Below are positions 48,356 to 61,590 of a DNA stretch of 64,000 nt, piece after piece. Position 1 is the first letter of the stretch; the number at the start of each line of letters is the position of its first letter. Source of the DNA: Octopus vulgaris (lineage: Eukaryota). The notes below the pieces were generated by a model, which worked only from the letters and a program-made list of their open reading frames with translations, was not told the DNA's origin and did not search any database. The translations under genes were made by a program, and so were the position numbers. The stretch covers positions 129,456,001 through 129,520,000 of the forward strand of contig OX597815.1 of assembly GCA_951406725.2 (NCBI GenBank), given 5' to 3'.

Positions 48356-51300
48356 AAGAATGTAATTTGACTTTATTGATACTACAGTTGTACCTGTTAG
48401 AACCACATCGTTTCACTTGGAGGAAATACTCAGGAAATACACCACCATCACCAATTCAGAGTTTATTTACTTGTTACTGCAATGTTTATATGATAATCAT
48501 GTAAAAAAAACAAAAACAAAGAATATCTTCATCCATTGCTCAGCCTGCAAGTTCTCTGATCAACACATTGCAACCAGACCTTCAGGTCCTCAACCAAAAT
48601 GTTTCCTTGAATGAGAAGTATTAGTTGAATAGTCACTAATGAAATGGGCTCTGTTAGCAGTACTATTGCTTCCAATTCTATACTCCCATATATACACTCA
48701 AAATTTTCTCAAACTTTCCTCCTCCATGATACATATGCACAATTGTCAAAAAAAAGGTTAGGATTAGGGAAAACTTCAGTGTAATACTCCATCTGAAGGG
48801 CTTGCATATAATTTCTGTATACCTAATTCCATTTGCAAGGTTTGGGTTGACCCAGACCAATAGAAAAAACAGTGGGATTGAACCTGAGACTTCATGATTG
48901 TTAAGAAAATTTCTGAACTACTTGGCTAAGCTGTGTCCACATATCATTTAAATACAGCTCACATATATCCTTGGTCACAGTCCCCCACCTCTCATAAAAC
49001 AACCAGCAATCAAGCTAGTTATCAAAGATTTGTTTACCATGTTTAGCAATCGCTGACTCACAGCTGCACTCTTTCTTCTCTCTGCCTCTCCTCCTACTCC
49101 TGTAACAGTCTCTGTCACTTTAAGCTTGAAATAAGTGTACCATTGTTGCCTCAGCTCACTCAATACATGTCTTTTTGCTTCTCTTTGTCTCTACTATGTC
49201 TCATGCCTTAGATCCTACACTAAGCATGTTACCCAATCATTGTTTTCACTTATATTTTAGTCTGGTGGGAAAACAGTGGCCATGACACATTGCTGGACCT
49301 CTGAGATTATTGGGAAAGAGGGAGGAAGGCTTCGTTAAGCTAGAAGCCTGGCCCAAATACTTGCAGCAAAGTGGATTCTGTTAAAGGTGTCAGATGATGG
49401 TGTTAAACTGGGCAATGGATTAAATCTACTGCTCAAGTTGGCTATTAGAGATTTGAACTCATAAAGAATCAGAACAAATATCATGAAACAATATAATCTG
49501 ATGTTCTTACAGTTCTGCCAATCCATCATCTTTGCTTGGTACAATTTTATCAGCCCTGAAAAAATGAAAGGTAAAGTTGACTTTGGTGGAATTTGAACAC
49601 AGAATGCAGAGAGTTAAAACAAATACCATGATGTATTCTATCTAATATTCTAACAACTCTACAAATTTGCCTCCAGATTAACCTCAGAGCTGTACATCTG
49701 TGATGTATCTAACCCTGCTCAGTACACTTTTTCTACAGATGTCAACCTATAAAAGCAAGGCTTAGATTTGAAACCACATCAGCTCAGTAATGAGAAATAG
49801 GCCGCAGCATATCAGGTGATTTGTCCTGAATTCTAACCAATGATATTTCAACTGTAATCATACAATCAATGGAAACTTCCATGGTTTCCTTTCAAAACTT
49901 GGTTATAAACTGAGATTTGCACCAAGCTCTTGGGGAGCAGAGGAATAAAGAATTATGCAAAATGTGCAGCATCCCAGAGAAGGCTAGTGAATAGGGTTCT
50001 TTGATGCTGCTCAGCCTCAGGTTAAAAAGAATCATTCATCTACCATATTTTTATCTTTCTTTTTTTTAATCCTTTTACTTGTTTCAGTCATTAAACTGTG
50101 GCTGTGCTGGAGTACCACATTTGAAGAACTTTTAGTCAAATAAATTGTGATGGGATACACACACACACATGTATATATGACAGTCTTGTCTCTGTTTCCA
50201 TCTACCAAATCTACTTATTAGGTTTTGGTTGGCCTGAAGCTTTAATAGAAGACACTTGTCCAAAGTGCCATGCTGGGAGACTGAACCCAGGACCATGTTG
50301 TTGGAAAGCTTCTTACCACACACCCACACTTGCAACTATAACAGTATTCTCATTTCTCAAAGCATGTACACAAGACATTCTTTATTCTCACTTCTTTCCC
50401 ACACAAGGATGTAGACCATCTAATTCTTGGTCAACATACATATGTAACTCAATGCTGTGATACAGCCTCCAGCCAGTAACTATTGTAATCATTGTAATAT
50501 TTATGTAAAGATAAATGGTTTCCTTGAAAACTTCAGATGGACTTGGTTTTAATATAGGTTATGAGACAGTCTAAAACAGCCTGACCAAAATGTTGATAGT
50601 CCATCTAACAGTTCTAAAGACTCAGCCTCAACTATATCAATTTCACTAGTGAAGGAGACCCTACAAAGATCATCATTACTGTTCCCTTTCTTCTACTATA
50701 CTTAACAAAGAAAATAAAAAATAAAAAAACATTTTATTGCTAGGTTATAGTTTAGAAACCCTTTCATAATGTTTTAACAATCAACTTATTGAACTAAAGA
50801 TGGCTTAAGTCATTTAAGAACCAGAGTGCAGTGTATTGCTGTGTTTTTATTTTATCATTTTAGGTTTTGATTTCAAGTTTTCCATTTCTTCCTTCCGGCG
50901 TAAGTAAGTGCCAATACTTATTTACTGAAGTTGATTCAATTGTTTGTACACTTCTCTTAGAAAATTTGGCTCTGAGCCAAAGTCAGAAAAGTCTACTTAT
51001 AATCCCAGCAGACCTCATTATAACTCCGCATACTTCATTAAGCAGGTTGTGTAGCTAACTTGGTCTTATTACAAGATCTTTTGCATTTTCCTCACAAAGA
51101 TTCTCAATTTTTTTTTTTGTTTGTATTTCTAACATCTTCATGGATATCTACTGTTACTAGCACCAATAATAATAATAATTATAATAATAATAATGATAAT
51201 AGTAATAATAGTTTTTGTTTTAGACACAAAGCCAGCAATTTTGCAGGGAAGGAGATTAGTTCAATGCCATCAGTTCCAGTGCTTGAGTAGTACTTTAATT

Positions 51301-52604
51301 TATCAACCCCAGAGTGATGAAAGGAAAAGATTATGCCCAGCAGGATTTGAACTCAGAATGTGAAGTGCTGGAATGAATAATCCAAAGCATTTTCCCACTG
51401 CTCTAATGATTCTACCAACTTGCTAGCCTTTTTTAAATTTAGCTTGCTGCTGATGCCAGAGGAGGGATGTGAATGGAACTGTATGAGAACAGTAAGTGAG
51501 AAGAGATGCTGCTAGGGTGTGAGGCAGAGGGCTGTGGCAATGGTGTCAATGTGTGGGCAGATGAGAGGGTTGTGGCTACATTCAAGAACTTGCCAGCTGC
51601 ATAGTCTTGAGGTACATAACCACATTAATAAACACAAAATAGCAGAGCACAGTGAGAACAGACCTTCCATTGCAACCTTGTTTGATTGGCAATAATAATG
51701 GTTTCTGGTTTAGGCACAAGGCCAGCAATTTTGACAGAAGAAGGTAAGTCAATACCATCACCCCTAGTACTTGACTGGTACTTTACTTTATCAACCCCTT
51801 AAAAGATAAATAATAATAATAATCTAACAGGCCCAAAGCCTGAAATGGTTGAAGTTACAGATCAGGGGACAAATGTTCTGTGCATTGGCATTTATCAAAC
51901 TGGTTTCAAATCAAGGGAGCATACATTTATATATCAGTAGTAATGGAATTTCTCTGTGTTGTTCTGGAACAAATTATAAGAACGATTACATTATATGGCT
52001 AATGCATATTTTTCAAATGGTTTTCTTGTTTTTTATGAGCCCTCCAAAAACAACAACCGTAATTTTACCAGCACCCTCTCCCAGCCAATATAGATAGAAC
52101 TAACACTACATTGTCTACTTATAGGTGCATAGATATGTGTATCTGTGTATGTATGTTTGTGTGTACATACTTGCATGTTTATATTAAATAAATGATTTCC
52201 TTGAAAAATGCAAACAGACTTGGTTTCAATATGAGTTACAACACAGTCTAACCAAAATATTGATAGCCCATCTAACAGTTCTAAAAACCCAACCTCAACT
52301 GTATCAATTTCACCAATAACAGAGACTCTACACACATGCATGTGTATATGAATACAAGCATATATGGGGACATGTGAGCATCCACACCTAATTATTATTT
52401 GTTAGAACATACTAGACGTTCATTGTATTTTTTATTTTATTTTACCCTTGCTCATCTAATGCATATACTGATATCTATGCATGTGTCCATAAGAGTGTGT
52501 GTACACATGTATGAGTGTTTGTGCATGTGTCTAAATATCCACACAAGTGCATATATATGTATGTGTGTGTGTATGTATGTATAGGAGTGTAAGCATGTTT
52601 ATCA

Positions 52605-52825
52605 CGTAAAAAGCACCAATCCGATCGTGGCCGTTGCCAGCCTCGCCTGGCACATAAAAAGCACCCACTACACTCTCAGAGTGGTTGGCATTAGGAAGGG
52701 CATCCAGCTGTAGAAACACTACCAAATCAGAACTGGAGCCTGGTGCAGCCTTCTGGCTTCCAAGATCCCTGGTCGAACAGTCCAACCCGTGCTAGCATGG
52801 AGAACGGACGTTAAATGATGATGAT
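52605..52825 (+). mobile_element. RTE-LINE 3' UTR fragment
   Basis: cacgtaaaaagcacc...ggaagggcatccagctgtagaaac...ggacgttaaatgatgatgatg. Confidence 0.8.
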
Positions 52826-52866
52826 GTGTGTTTGTGTGTGTGTATATGTATATATGTAAGTCTGCA

Positions 52867-52903
<37 letters not shown>

Positions 52904-52996
52904 ACATGAATGTGAATATGCGTATGTTATGTATTCATGTACATACTGTATTTACATTTATTGGCAGTCTCATTGATGTGTGCCTATGCTTTTCTC

Positions 52997-53035
52997 ACAC
53001 TGAGGATGAGTAACTACCCAGAAACTTAGGTCTGT
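52997..53035 (+). ncRNA. Minimal type-I hammerhead ribozyme motif
   Basis: aca-CTGAGGA (53000-53006)-tgagt/aact/accca (stem II, one mismatch)-GAAAC (53021-53025)-ttag-GTC (53030-53032)-tgt (stem I). Confidence 0.65.
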
Positions 53036-55064
53036 ATCATGTAAGGTTAGAGACAGGAGCGATGACCTCTCTTGCATATACTATATGGGCACAAACTGTG
53101 TGTCGATAGCCAACTGGAAAAGATGTTTTCCTGAGGCTAAATAACTGTAACATCGTCCTTGTATAGGACTGCCACATTATGTTGGTAAATAAACTTTACT
53201 ATGTATGCATACATGAACTGCATACCATTTGAAAAATATGCATTATCCTTGCAACATTGTAATTGTTTATCCAGTCTATTCCAGAACAATTCCTTGAGCA
53301 AGTGCTTTCCACTACATGCTGATCAATGCTGCCAGTAGAATTAATGGATGGAACGACATCTGGTTTTAAAGTCCAGCCTCAAATAAGGCCCCTTCCAAAC
53401 CCTTGCTAGAATAGAAAAAAAGCCCTTAAACAAACACCAAATGTATATTAGAGCATAGGTAAAAATGATTTACATTCATTTTAGCACCTTACATTCTGAG
53501 TAGAAATCCTTCTTGGGGTCATCTTTTCCATTCATCACTCACAGGTCGGTAAATTAAAGTACTACTCAAGCACTGGAATTGATGGTATTGAACTAGTCTC
53601 CCTCCCTACAAAATTGCTGGCTTCATGTCTAAACCATTATATTATTATTATTATTATTATTATTATTAGTTTTATCATTAGTACTGGCAATGGTAGATAT
53701 TCATGAAGATGTTAGGAATACAAAAAAAAGAAAGAGAGAAAAAATTGAGAATCCTCACAAGGAAAATGCAAAAGATCTTGTGATAAGACCGAGTTTTCTA
53801 CACAACCTGATTATTGTAGTATAGATCCTTCCTGAGTTGTATACATTCACAGGTCCAGTTTCCATGGCTCATATATTTCCCCCTGAATAGGATGCCTGTC
53901 CATTGCAGGATTACTTATTTTTGCCGGCTGAGGGGACTGGAACACCATTAAATAAAGGGTTTTACTCAAGAACATAATGTGGCATCTGGTCCAGGAATTG
54001 AAACCACCAACTTAGGATCATGAGTCCAACACCTTAACCACTAAGCTATGCACCTCCTCCTTTAATAAAGTATGCAGAATTATAATGAGGTCTGCTGGGA
54101 TTATACATTTACCATGGGTCCTCAATTTCGTAATGGAGGCATCAGTGAGATGTACAGCAGGTCTTGAGTATTTTTGGTAGAACCTATCCTAGTCCAGGTC
54201 CAACCATAGCCAATTTGTTCCAGAAGAGAGAAAGTCAGAGACACAGAGAAGGAGAAAGAGAAGAATTGGCCTCAGTACTAAATGGTACTTTATTTATCAA
54301 CTCTGAAATAATAAAAAAACAAAGTTGACCTTGATAGGGTTTGAACTCAGAATGATCACTACAAAGCAATCTATTCGGCATTCTAACGACTCTTCCATCT
54401 GGATGCTTATGTATGTGATTATTGTTCCATGTAATACAAATATACAAATTAAGATATATCAACTTATTTTTCTTTTATTGTTTTTAAGATTTGCCAAAAG
54501 CAGCCTTTACCCAAATATTTCCAAATCTTGGTATGTTAATATAACTCTGTGTCTGTGAATTGCTACTGATTTAACATAACTCTAAATATAGATGGTAGAA
54601 TGCCAAAATGAAAAATAAACAAACATAATTTGCATTCCTACAGTTCCAAAAACCATGTTAATGTATATGGCAATGTTGTAAGTAAAAAGAAGAGCAGGTA
54701 TTTAGAACTATGGCATGGTATATGGCTATGAATATGCAGAGAATTGTATGCTAATTCTTCTTATAAACTGTGTTTCCTTATAAACTTTACTGCAAAGAGA
54801 TACAAAGCGTTAGTATGCAAATGTTTTAAATTTTGGCACAAAGCCTTAGAATTTTCAGGGGAGGATGTTGGATGATTATATTAACTGCGGTACTTGGTTG
54901 GTACTTATTTTATTGACCCCAAAATGATGAAAGGCAAAGTTGACCTTGATGGCATTTGAACTCAGAATGTAAAGAGCCAGAAGAAATACCATTGAATATT
55001 TTATCTGACATGCTAACAATTCTACCTGCTCACCACAACTATGATGATTATGATAATGATGATA

Positions 55065-55610
55065 CCAGGCACTGGCTCTCATGGCTTCTGATCCTAACTG
55101 ATTGGAAGTGTTATCATATACATGTTTTGTCTTGGTGTAAAAGATGGGCTACAGCAAATATTTTGCTCAATATCACAGATTTGCTTGTTGGTTGTTTGAC
55201 CGTAACCAGTTGAGCATGTCCCTTGGTGGCTGACGATATGTGCATCTCTGATCATGAGCAGAAGTAATGGGGGAGCATCATAGCCATGTGTGGAGAGGAA
55301 TTCTTTGGGGTTTGAATAATTCACCTCTGAAAACATGGATGTTTTGTTCAACACCCTTAAACAACCCTCATTCAGGGACCTTTTGAGTAGGATAGGCTAC
55401 TCAACCTAACAAAGATTCTAACTGGTCCCCACCTGCTAGATCATGTACTGTTTGTCTTGATATGAGATCACCATGTTGCACACGTATGGTTGTGATGCAT
55501 GTGCCTGGTGTATCCCCTTATCAGATGGGTAATCATGATGAGTATATTGGGCTTCATATATTTGTACCCCAGTGTCACTTTGATAGGACGTAGTGCTCTC
55601 TCACTCAATG
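55065..55610 (-). mobile_element. Interspersed repeat embedded in (tga/taa)n, possibly the 5' region of an R4/Dong-type element
   Basis: GC-richer block flanked on both sides by gataat/ataat microsatellites; family assignment from recall only. Confidence 0.35.
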
Positions 55611-56481
55611 ATAATAATGATTATGATAATAATATCTAATCTAAGCCCAAGGCCAGCTTAGTTGGAACAGGGGTTGATTGATGCTATCAACTTGAGTACC
55701 TGACTTTATTTTCTTGACCATAGAGGGACGAAAGGCAAAGTCCACATCAGTGGCATTTGAACTCAGAATATAAAGAACCAGGACAAATATTGCAAGACAT
55801 TTGGCCTAAGCCTAATGGCTCTACCCATACTCCACTCTGAATAATTTGTAATTTAGGAGAAAGCATTGGGTTTCATGGTGAAGGTGCATGGCTTAGTGGC
55901 TAGAGTACTGGACTCATGATTGTAAGATTGTGGTTTCGATTCCTGGAATAGGCAATGCAATGTGTTCTTGAGCAAAACACTTTATTTCATATTGCTCCAG
56001 CTGGTAAAAATGTGTTCCTTTGACAGACCAGCATCCCATCCAGGAAGGAATATATATGAGAAACTGGGAAACTGGCCTTATCCTCTTTATGGAGTAATGC
56101 GGACTACCCATTGGCTTTAATGGTCAGTGTGCGGTCATGGAGCTGGGCACCTGAAAAGCTATTTGATGGTATAAAAGGCACACAGAATCATTAGTATGCC
56201 AGCTAAAATACTTAGTGGTATTTTGCCTATCTTTGCACTCTGAGTTTAAAATTCCACCAAGGTCAGCTTTACTTTCAGGGTCAATAAATTAAGTACTAAT
56301 CAAGTACTGAGGTTGATGTAATCAGCCATCACCCCTACTTCAAAATTTCTTGCCTTGTGCCTATAGAATAAAAGATTATTTTCAAATTTAACTGAAACAG
56401 AAATACAGTAATGAAAGAGTTTGGGTTGGATTGGTTTGGATTGCCTATGTCCAGTCCATTGTAGGATGAAGGCTTTGCATG

Positions 56482-58341
56482 CAGGCATGTGGCTATGGGG
56501 TGCTCAGCACCCCTGGTTAGAATCTCAGCCCCTCCACCCCAGTATGAGAATTTGTTTTATCCCCTTTTGTCACCACCTTCTTTTTTCTCATATCTGAAGT
56601 TGCTAAAGATGCAATAAATTGAATTTCTATTGATTTAGTAGTTAATCATATGAAAATGTAGGTAAATTAGAGCTGGTCAAAGTGTTTGTTGTAGCTGTAA
56701 TTGTTGTCACAGAATTGGCTGCTGACCCTGTCATCAACTGTTATTGTTGTTGTTGTGGTGCTGGTGATTGTCCTTGTTGCTGTTGAAAAGTATGTGAAGA
56801 ATTGTTGCTGTAGTTAGAGATTTATAGTAGTAAACGCATCACTACACATGTATATATATATATGAACAGAGATGAACATTAGAAAGTCATTTTATTTCTA
56901 GAAAGTCATTTTATTTTTCAGGTGAGAATTTTCACTGAATAATTTTTCTCACTCTTTGAACAAACTTTATACTGAAATTATTTTGTCTTGAACTAAAAAA
57001 GCATAACTTTGAAGAAATTGTAAAAAAAAATTGCTTGAACCGAAATCTCTTTCGAGTTTAAATTTTAAAATACATGGATTTTAAGAAATTGTTACTCTTA
57101 CTACGATATTCTACCTTAGAATTAATTATTGCGAATATCAGTGCCCAAAAATAATGAATCACTGCCAAAAAAGAAAACTGAAGCAATCATTGCAGAATTT
57201 CCAATCTGATTCATCTAATAATGCTAAACAGAAGAGAATTGCAAACGAAGTTTCGCAGCTCAAGGGAGGTCTTGCAAAGTCTTTGACACCTGGATGATCT
57301 AGGACAAGGTCGACTGCCAACCAGTGCAGCCAGTTCTAGCAAAGTTTGATCAAAAAATTTATAGAAATCAGAGATGTGATTTCTTGTCAAGCTGGTATAC
57401 TGGTTGTTTATAGTTAGAGTATTCTCTTTCAAAGAAAGCGTTGTTTTGTTTTGCTTGTTGGCACTTTAATACTTCTGCTCAAGCTGATATTTGTTTTATT
57501 AAAAATGGATATTCTAATTGGCATCATGCAAAAGAAAAAAAACAAAGGTTTAAATAAGCATGCAAACTCTGCATCCCATATCCAAGCTATGGTAACATGG
57601 AAGGAATGCCAATTGTGTTTATCCACAACATCCGTGTCTTCAATCTTGCAAAATGATCAGTTGAGCAAAAACCGTTATTATATCAGTTCCGTTGTTGATA
57701 TTGTTCATTTTCTTTATGCAAACAAATTGCCTTTTTGAGGAAATGAAAACAAAGCTTTTCAGGATCTTTATTCGGAAGATTATATGTAGCCTTGTGGTCT
57801 TTTTATGAAAGTATTCCAGTACACATTAGAGAAAGACTCAAAGCTAATGGAATATTACAGCACGATTCCAAAAAATGCGACCTACACCTCAGCAGCAATG
57901 CAAAACGAAATCATCGAATTGTTGAGAAGACACACTGTCAGCCTCGTGGTCGATATTTATTTGAAATTATATAAAAATAATGTTTAAAGATTTGGCTGTT
58001 ATCTCTAGCATGTAGAAAGACCTTTTAGGCTTAACTATGTGCTTGTTGAAAATCCTTTTTAAAAATATTGGAGTCGATACATTCGACTAAAAATTCTTTG
58101 AGGTGATGCCCCAGCATTGCCTCAGTTTAATGATTGCAAAAATAAAATGAAAATAAAAACAAAATATATCAGAAGTTTTGATCAGGTTAGGCGTCAAGAA
58201 ATGTGAAAAAAAACAAAAAAATAACTGAAAAATATAAGCATGGGGCTTTTGTCCACTTTCACACTTTTGTCCGTACGCCTGTTCAGCACCCCCAACTATC
58301 AAGATAGCACCCCCAGTTGCAATCGGCTGGCTACATGGTTG
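56482..58341 (+). mobile_element. Internally deleted hAT transposon (ZMYM1/DUF4371-type transposase relic)
   Basis: Exact 8-bp TSD tttgcatg (56474-56481, 58342-58349). Imperfect TIRs caggcatgtggcta / tggctacatggttg. Peptides LNKHANSASHIQAMVTWKE, NRYYISSVVDIVHFLYANKLPF*GNE and PKNATYTSAAMQNEIIELL match hAT N-terminal motifs. Confidence 0.88.
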
Positions 58342-58671
58342 TTTGCATGTTCTCTTCACCAACCACAGACTGGTGTGGAGGCCATGAATTTGAGCTTGAG
58401 ATCATACTGGTTTGATGAGCTTACTCTGTCACACTAGCTCAGCATGGCTTGACCTTGAAAGGATGAAAGGCAAAGCTGACCTCAACCAAATTTGAACTCA
58501 GAATGTAAGGACAGACAAAATACTGCTAAGCATTTCGCCCAGGTTTGCTAACAATTCACCTAATGAAAGTATTAAAGCACATTAAATAGGCCCAACTTTG
58601 CATATAGGATCTAGAACAATTCTTTGAGTGGTGTGGAAAAAAGTATGTTTTGTGTACCTTCAAATATGGTA

Positions 58672-58890
58672 TGGAAGGGAGTGCTGAAAAGTCCTTGACT
58701 TTGGGTAAAAGAAAACACAGGAGAAACAATTAATTATACTTTTATTCAATGTATTCCCCTCTCAGATTTACACACTTATTGCAGCAGTCCTTCAGTTTTT
58801 CTAAGTCTTGTAAAGGAACTTGGAAGGTTGGGCCTCTAACCAGGCCTTTTGTGATACTCTTAAAGTCAGGAACTTTTCAGCAACCCCTCA
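58672..58890 (-). mobile_element. mariner-derived MITE
   Basis: TA-flanked TIRs ...gtgctgaaaagtccttgacttt / aaagtcaggaacttttcagcaacccctca. Minus strand retains LEKLKDCCNKCVNLRGEYIE*, a mariner transposase C-terminus. Confidence 0.85.
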
Positions 58891-60319
58891 TATGCCTCCC
58901 AGCTGCTAATCTCAGGGATGTGTTATCCTACAACTTTGGTTTGACTGTAATCTATTTATTGACTTCCTCCACTATGTACTGAATAAGCCAAAAGGCCAAT
59001 TTATTTAACCACCAATGCTAAATGCTCTTGCTGGCATGCGTTAATTACCACTGCGTCAATCTGACATGAAAGTAGGTGGAGGTAAAACTCAGTATGTCTT
59101 CTTGTTAACTTATAACTGGTTGACATTGATGGCATTTAGTTTTTGAACAGCTGAAAATATTTTATCATGTGATTTCTTCCAGCAAAGAAGAGAGAGAAAA
59201 AAAGAAAGTAAAGAAATATGATGCTAGTTTTTGAAACTGGAAGTTGGCTGCATTTGCAAAGTCTACAAACAGCAGTGTTGCTGCAGCAAAGAAGAGTTAA
59301 ATAAATGAAAAACTGGTGCATGATTGGAAGAAAAGTGATACCTCTCTAAAGATGATGTATAGGAATAAATATGTTAAGTTGAATTGGAACATTATGCTGA
59401 AAGTTAAGGTCAAAGAAGACTGTCAAATAGCTCTAAAGTTAACACATCATCATCATTTCTTAACATCCATATTCCATGCTGGCATGGGTTGGTTGGACTG
59501 TTTTACAGGATCTGACTTGTCAGAGGTCTTTATCAGGCTACAACGTCTGCTTCAGCATGGTTTCTACAATTGGTTGTCCTTCTTAATACCAATCACTTTA
59601 CAGAGTGTACTGGGTGCTTTTTTGTGTCACTAGCAGAAGAGATGTTGCAATAGTTTACAAGACAAGACTCTTAGATTGTGGGGATAGAGTATTGAGGGAG
59701 GTGGCTTTATACCAGGTGATGAGAAGCAATAAAGTAATTGAAGGATAGGAACAGGTTTTTACTATAGAGGAGATACATGGTCACCAAAGGTGGAAAAGGA
59801 GATGGCGGTGATGAGGTATCAGAACATACCTTCAAAGTAAAAGAGGGTGAATGAATGTAAGGGGGATAGGGACATGAAGGTGAATCTGAGGGAGGGAGGG
59901 ACAGAAGATCATGTAAGTTCAGAAGAATGTGAAGTGAACAACAGATGGGAAGAGGTAGAGAAGCAAAAATATTTAAGTACTTCAGTGAGTGAAAACATAC
60001 ACCCAGATGAAAGTAAAGGTGTTTAAAGCAATTGGAAACATATTTTCAGCTGACACCCTCTTCTCAGAGCTGTTGGTTTTGTGCCTAAATCAAAAATTAT
60101 TTAGGCCAATGGATAGGCAAAATTATTACAGCATTAAAAAATTACTTTCCAGTATTTGCTTCAGCTCTTTACATACTGAGTTCAAACCATACTGGGATCT
60201 ACTTTGCCTTTCATACTTCTAGGGTTGATTTCAATCCCATTAAGAGTGGAATTTGTTCTTTATTTGCCAAAAATGGACAAAATAATTACCATTAACCCTA
60301 TTCTTTTTCTCTCTTGTAA

Positions 60320-60898
60320 GAGAAATGAATGCACTGGCATGATCATGTGCTGTGTATGGATGGGGACAGCTGTGTGAAGAAGTGTCACACCCTAACAGTG
60401 GAGGGAATCTGTGGAAGAGGTGGTAGATCCAGGAAGACCTGGAATGAGGTGGTGAAGCATGATCTTTGAATGTTTGGCCTCATAGAGGCAATGACAAGCA
60501 ACTGAGACCTTTGGAGATATGCTGTGCTTGAGAAGACCCAGCAAGCTAAGTGAGATCATAGCGGTGGCCGATGCCAGTGTTGCATAACCAGCCCATTTGG
60601 AAGTATCCTTCAATTGTCTGGCAATACACTGTGCTTGAGAAGACCTGTTAAATCAAGTGAATCATTGTTGTGGCCGATGCCAGTGCCACCTGACTGGCAT
60701 CTATACCAGTGACACATAAAAAGCACCATTTGAGCATGGTCAATGCCAGTGATTGACTTTAGGAAAGGCATCTAGTTGTAGAAACCTTGCCAGATCAGAT
60801 TGGAGCCTGGTGCAGCCTTCTGGCTTGCCAGTCCATTGTCAAACCATCCAACCCATGCCAGCATGGAAAGCAGATGTTAAACGATGACGATGATGATG
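60320..60898 (+). mobile_element. RTE LINE 3' end (ORF2 C-terminus and 3' UTR)
   Basis: HWHDHVLCMDGDSCVKKCHTLTVEGICGRG...RSRKTWNEVVKHDL...DLWRYAVLEKT; UTR ends gttaaacgatgacgatgatgatg. Confidence 0.85.
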
Positions 60899-61049
60899 AA
60901 GCTACTTGGCAACTTAGCTTATTGCTAGAAGCATGAAAAAAAAAATTCCCAGGACACTATATTGTCTCTTTTCATTGCCAGCCAGGCTGCAGAAGAATGA
61001 GGCTAGTATGTTCCACTGAATGTGTAATGTAAGTGCATATATGTTTGAC

Positions 61050-61590
61050 AGATTGCTAGTGTATTAAGAGAGAAGTTAGGTAAGAGAGAAATTAGATGCA
61101 GTGTGTGAGAGAGAAGACTGCACTGGTCTGGTCATGTGATGTGGACAGATGCCAACAACTCCATAAAGAAGTGCCAATCTCTCAAAGTAGATTGGACTTG
61201 TGGAAGAGGGAAAATGGGACAAGATACTGAAGGACGACCTCGGGACATTGGACCTTTGAGATGAGATGACAAAGGAGCAAAATATCTGGTGCCTTGCTGT
61301 ACTCAAAAAGACCCATCCTCTTCAGCAGAAGTATTAAGGCCACTTCCTCTGGTCAAGAGGATTAGCCTACAAGAGTCCTGTGTCGATGCCATGTAAAAAT
61401 GCTCATGCTGGTGCCACATTAAAAGACCCAGGACACACTGTAAAGTGGTTGGTATTAAGAAGGGCATCCAACTGAAGAAACCAAGCCAAATCACACTGGA
61501 ACCTAGTGCAGCTCACCAGCTTGCCAGCTCTAGTCAAACTGTCCCACCCTTGCCAACATGGAAAATGGATGTTAAAGGATGATGATGATT
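61050..61590 (+). mobile_element. RTE LINE 3' end, older copy
   Basis: RRLHWSGHVMWT...KKCQSLKVD...GRG...WDKILKDDL relic; same 3' UTR ending (gat)n. Confidence 0.75.

Noticed and set aside
49240-49440. Acceptor-like ttttAG followed by a GC-richer block (possible exon)
   Set aside because: Stops appear early in all three plus-strand frames and no convincing donor was seen; a non-coding exon cannot be excluded.
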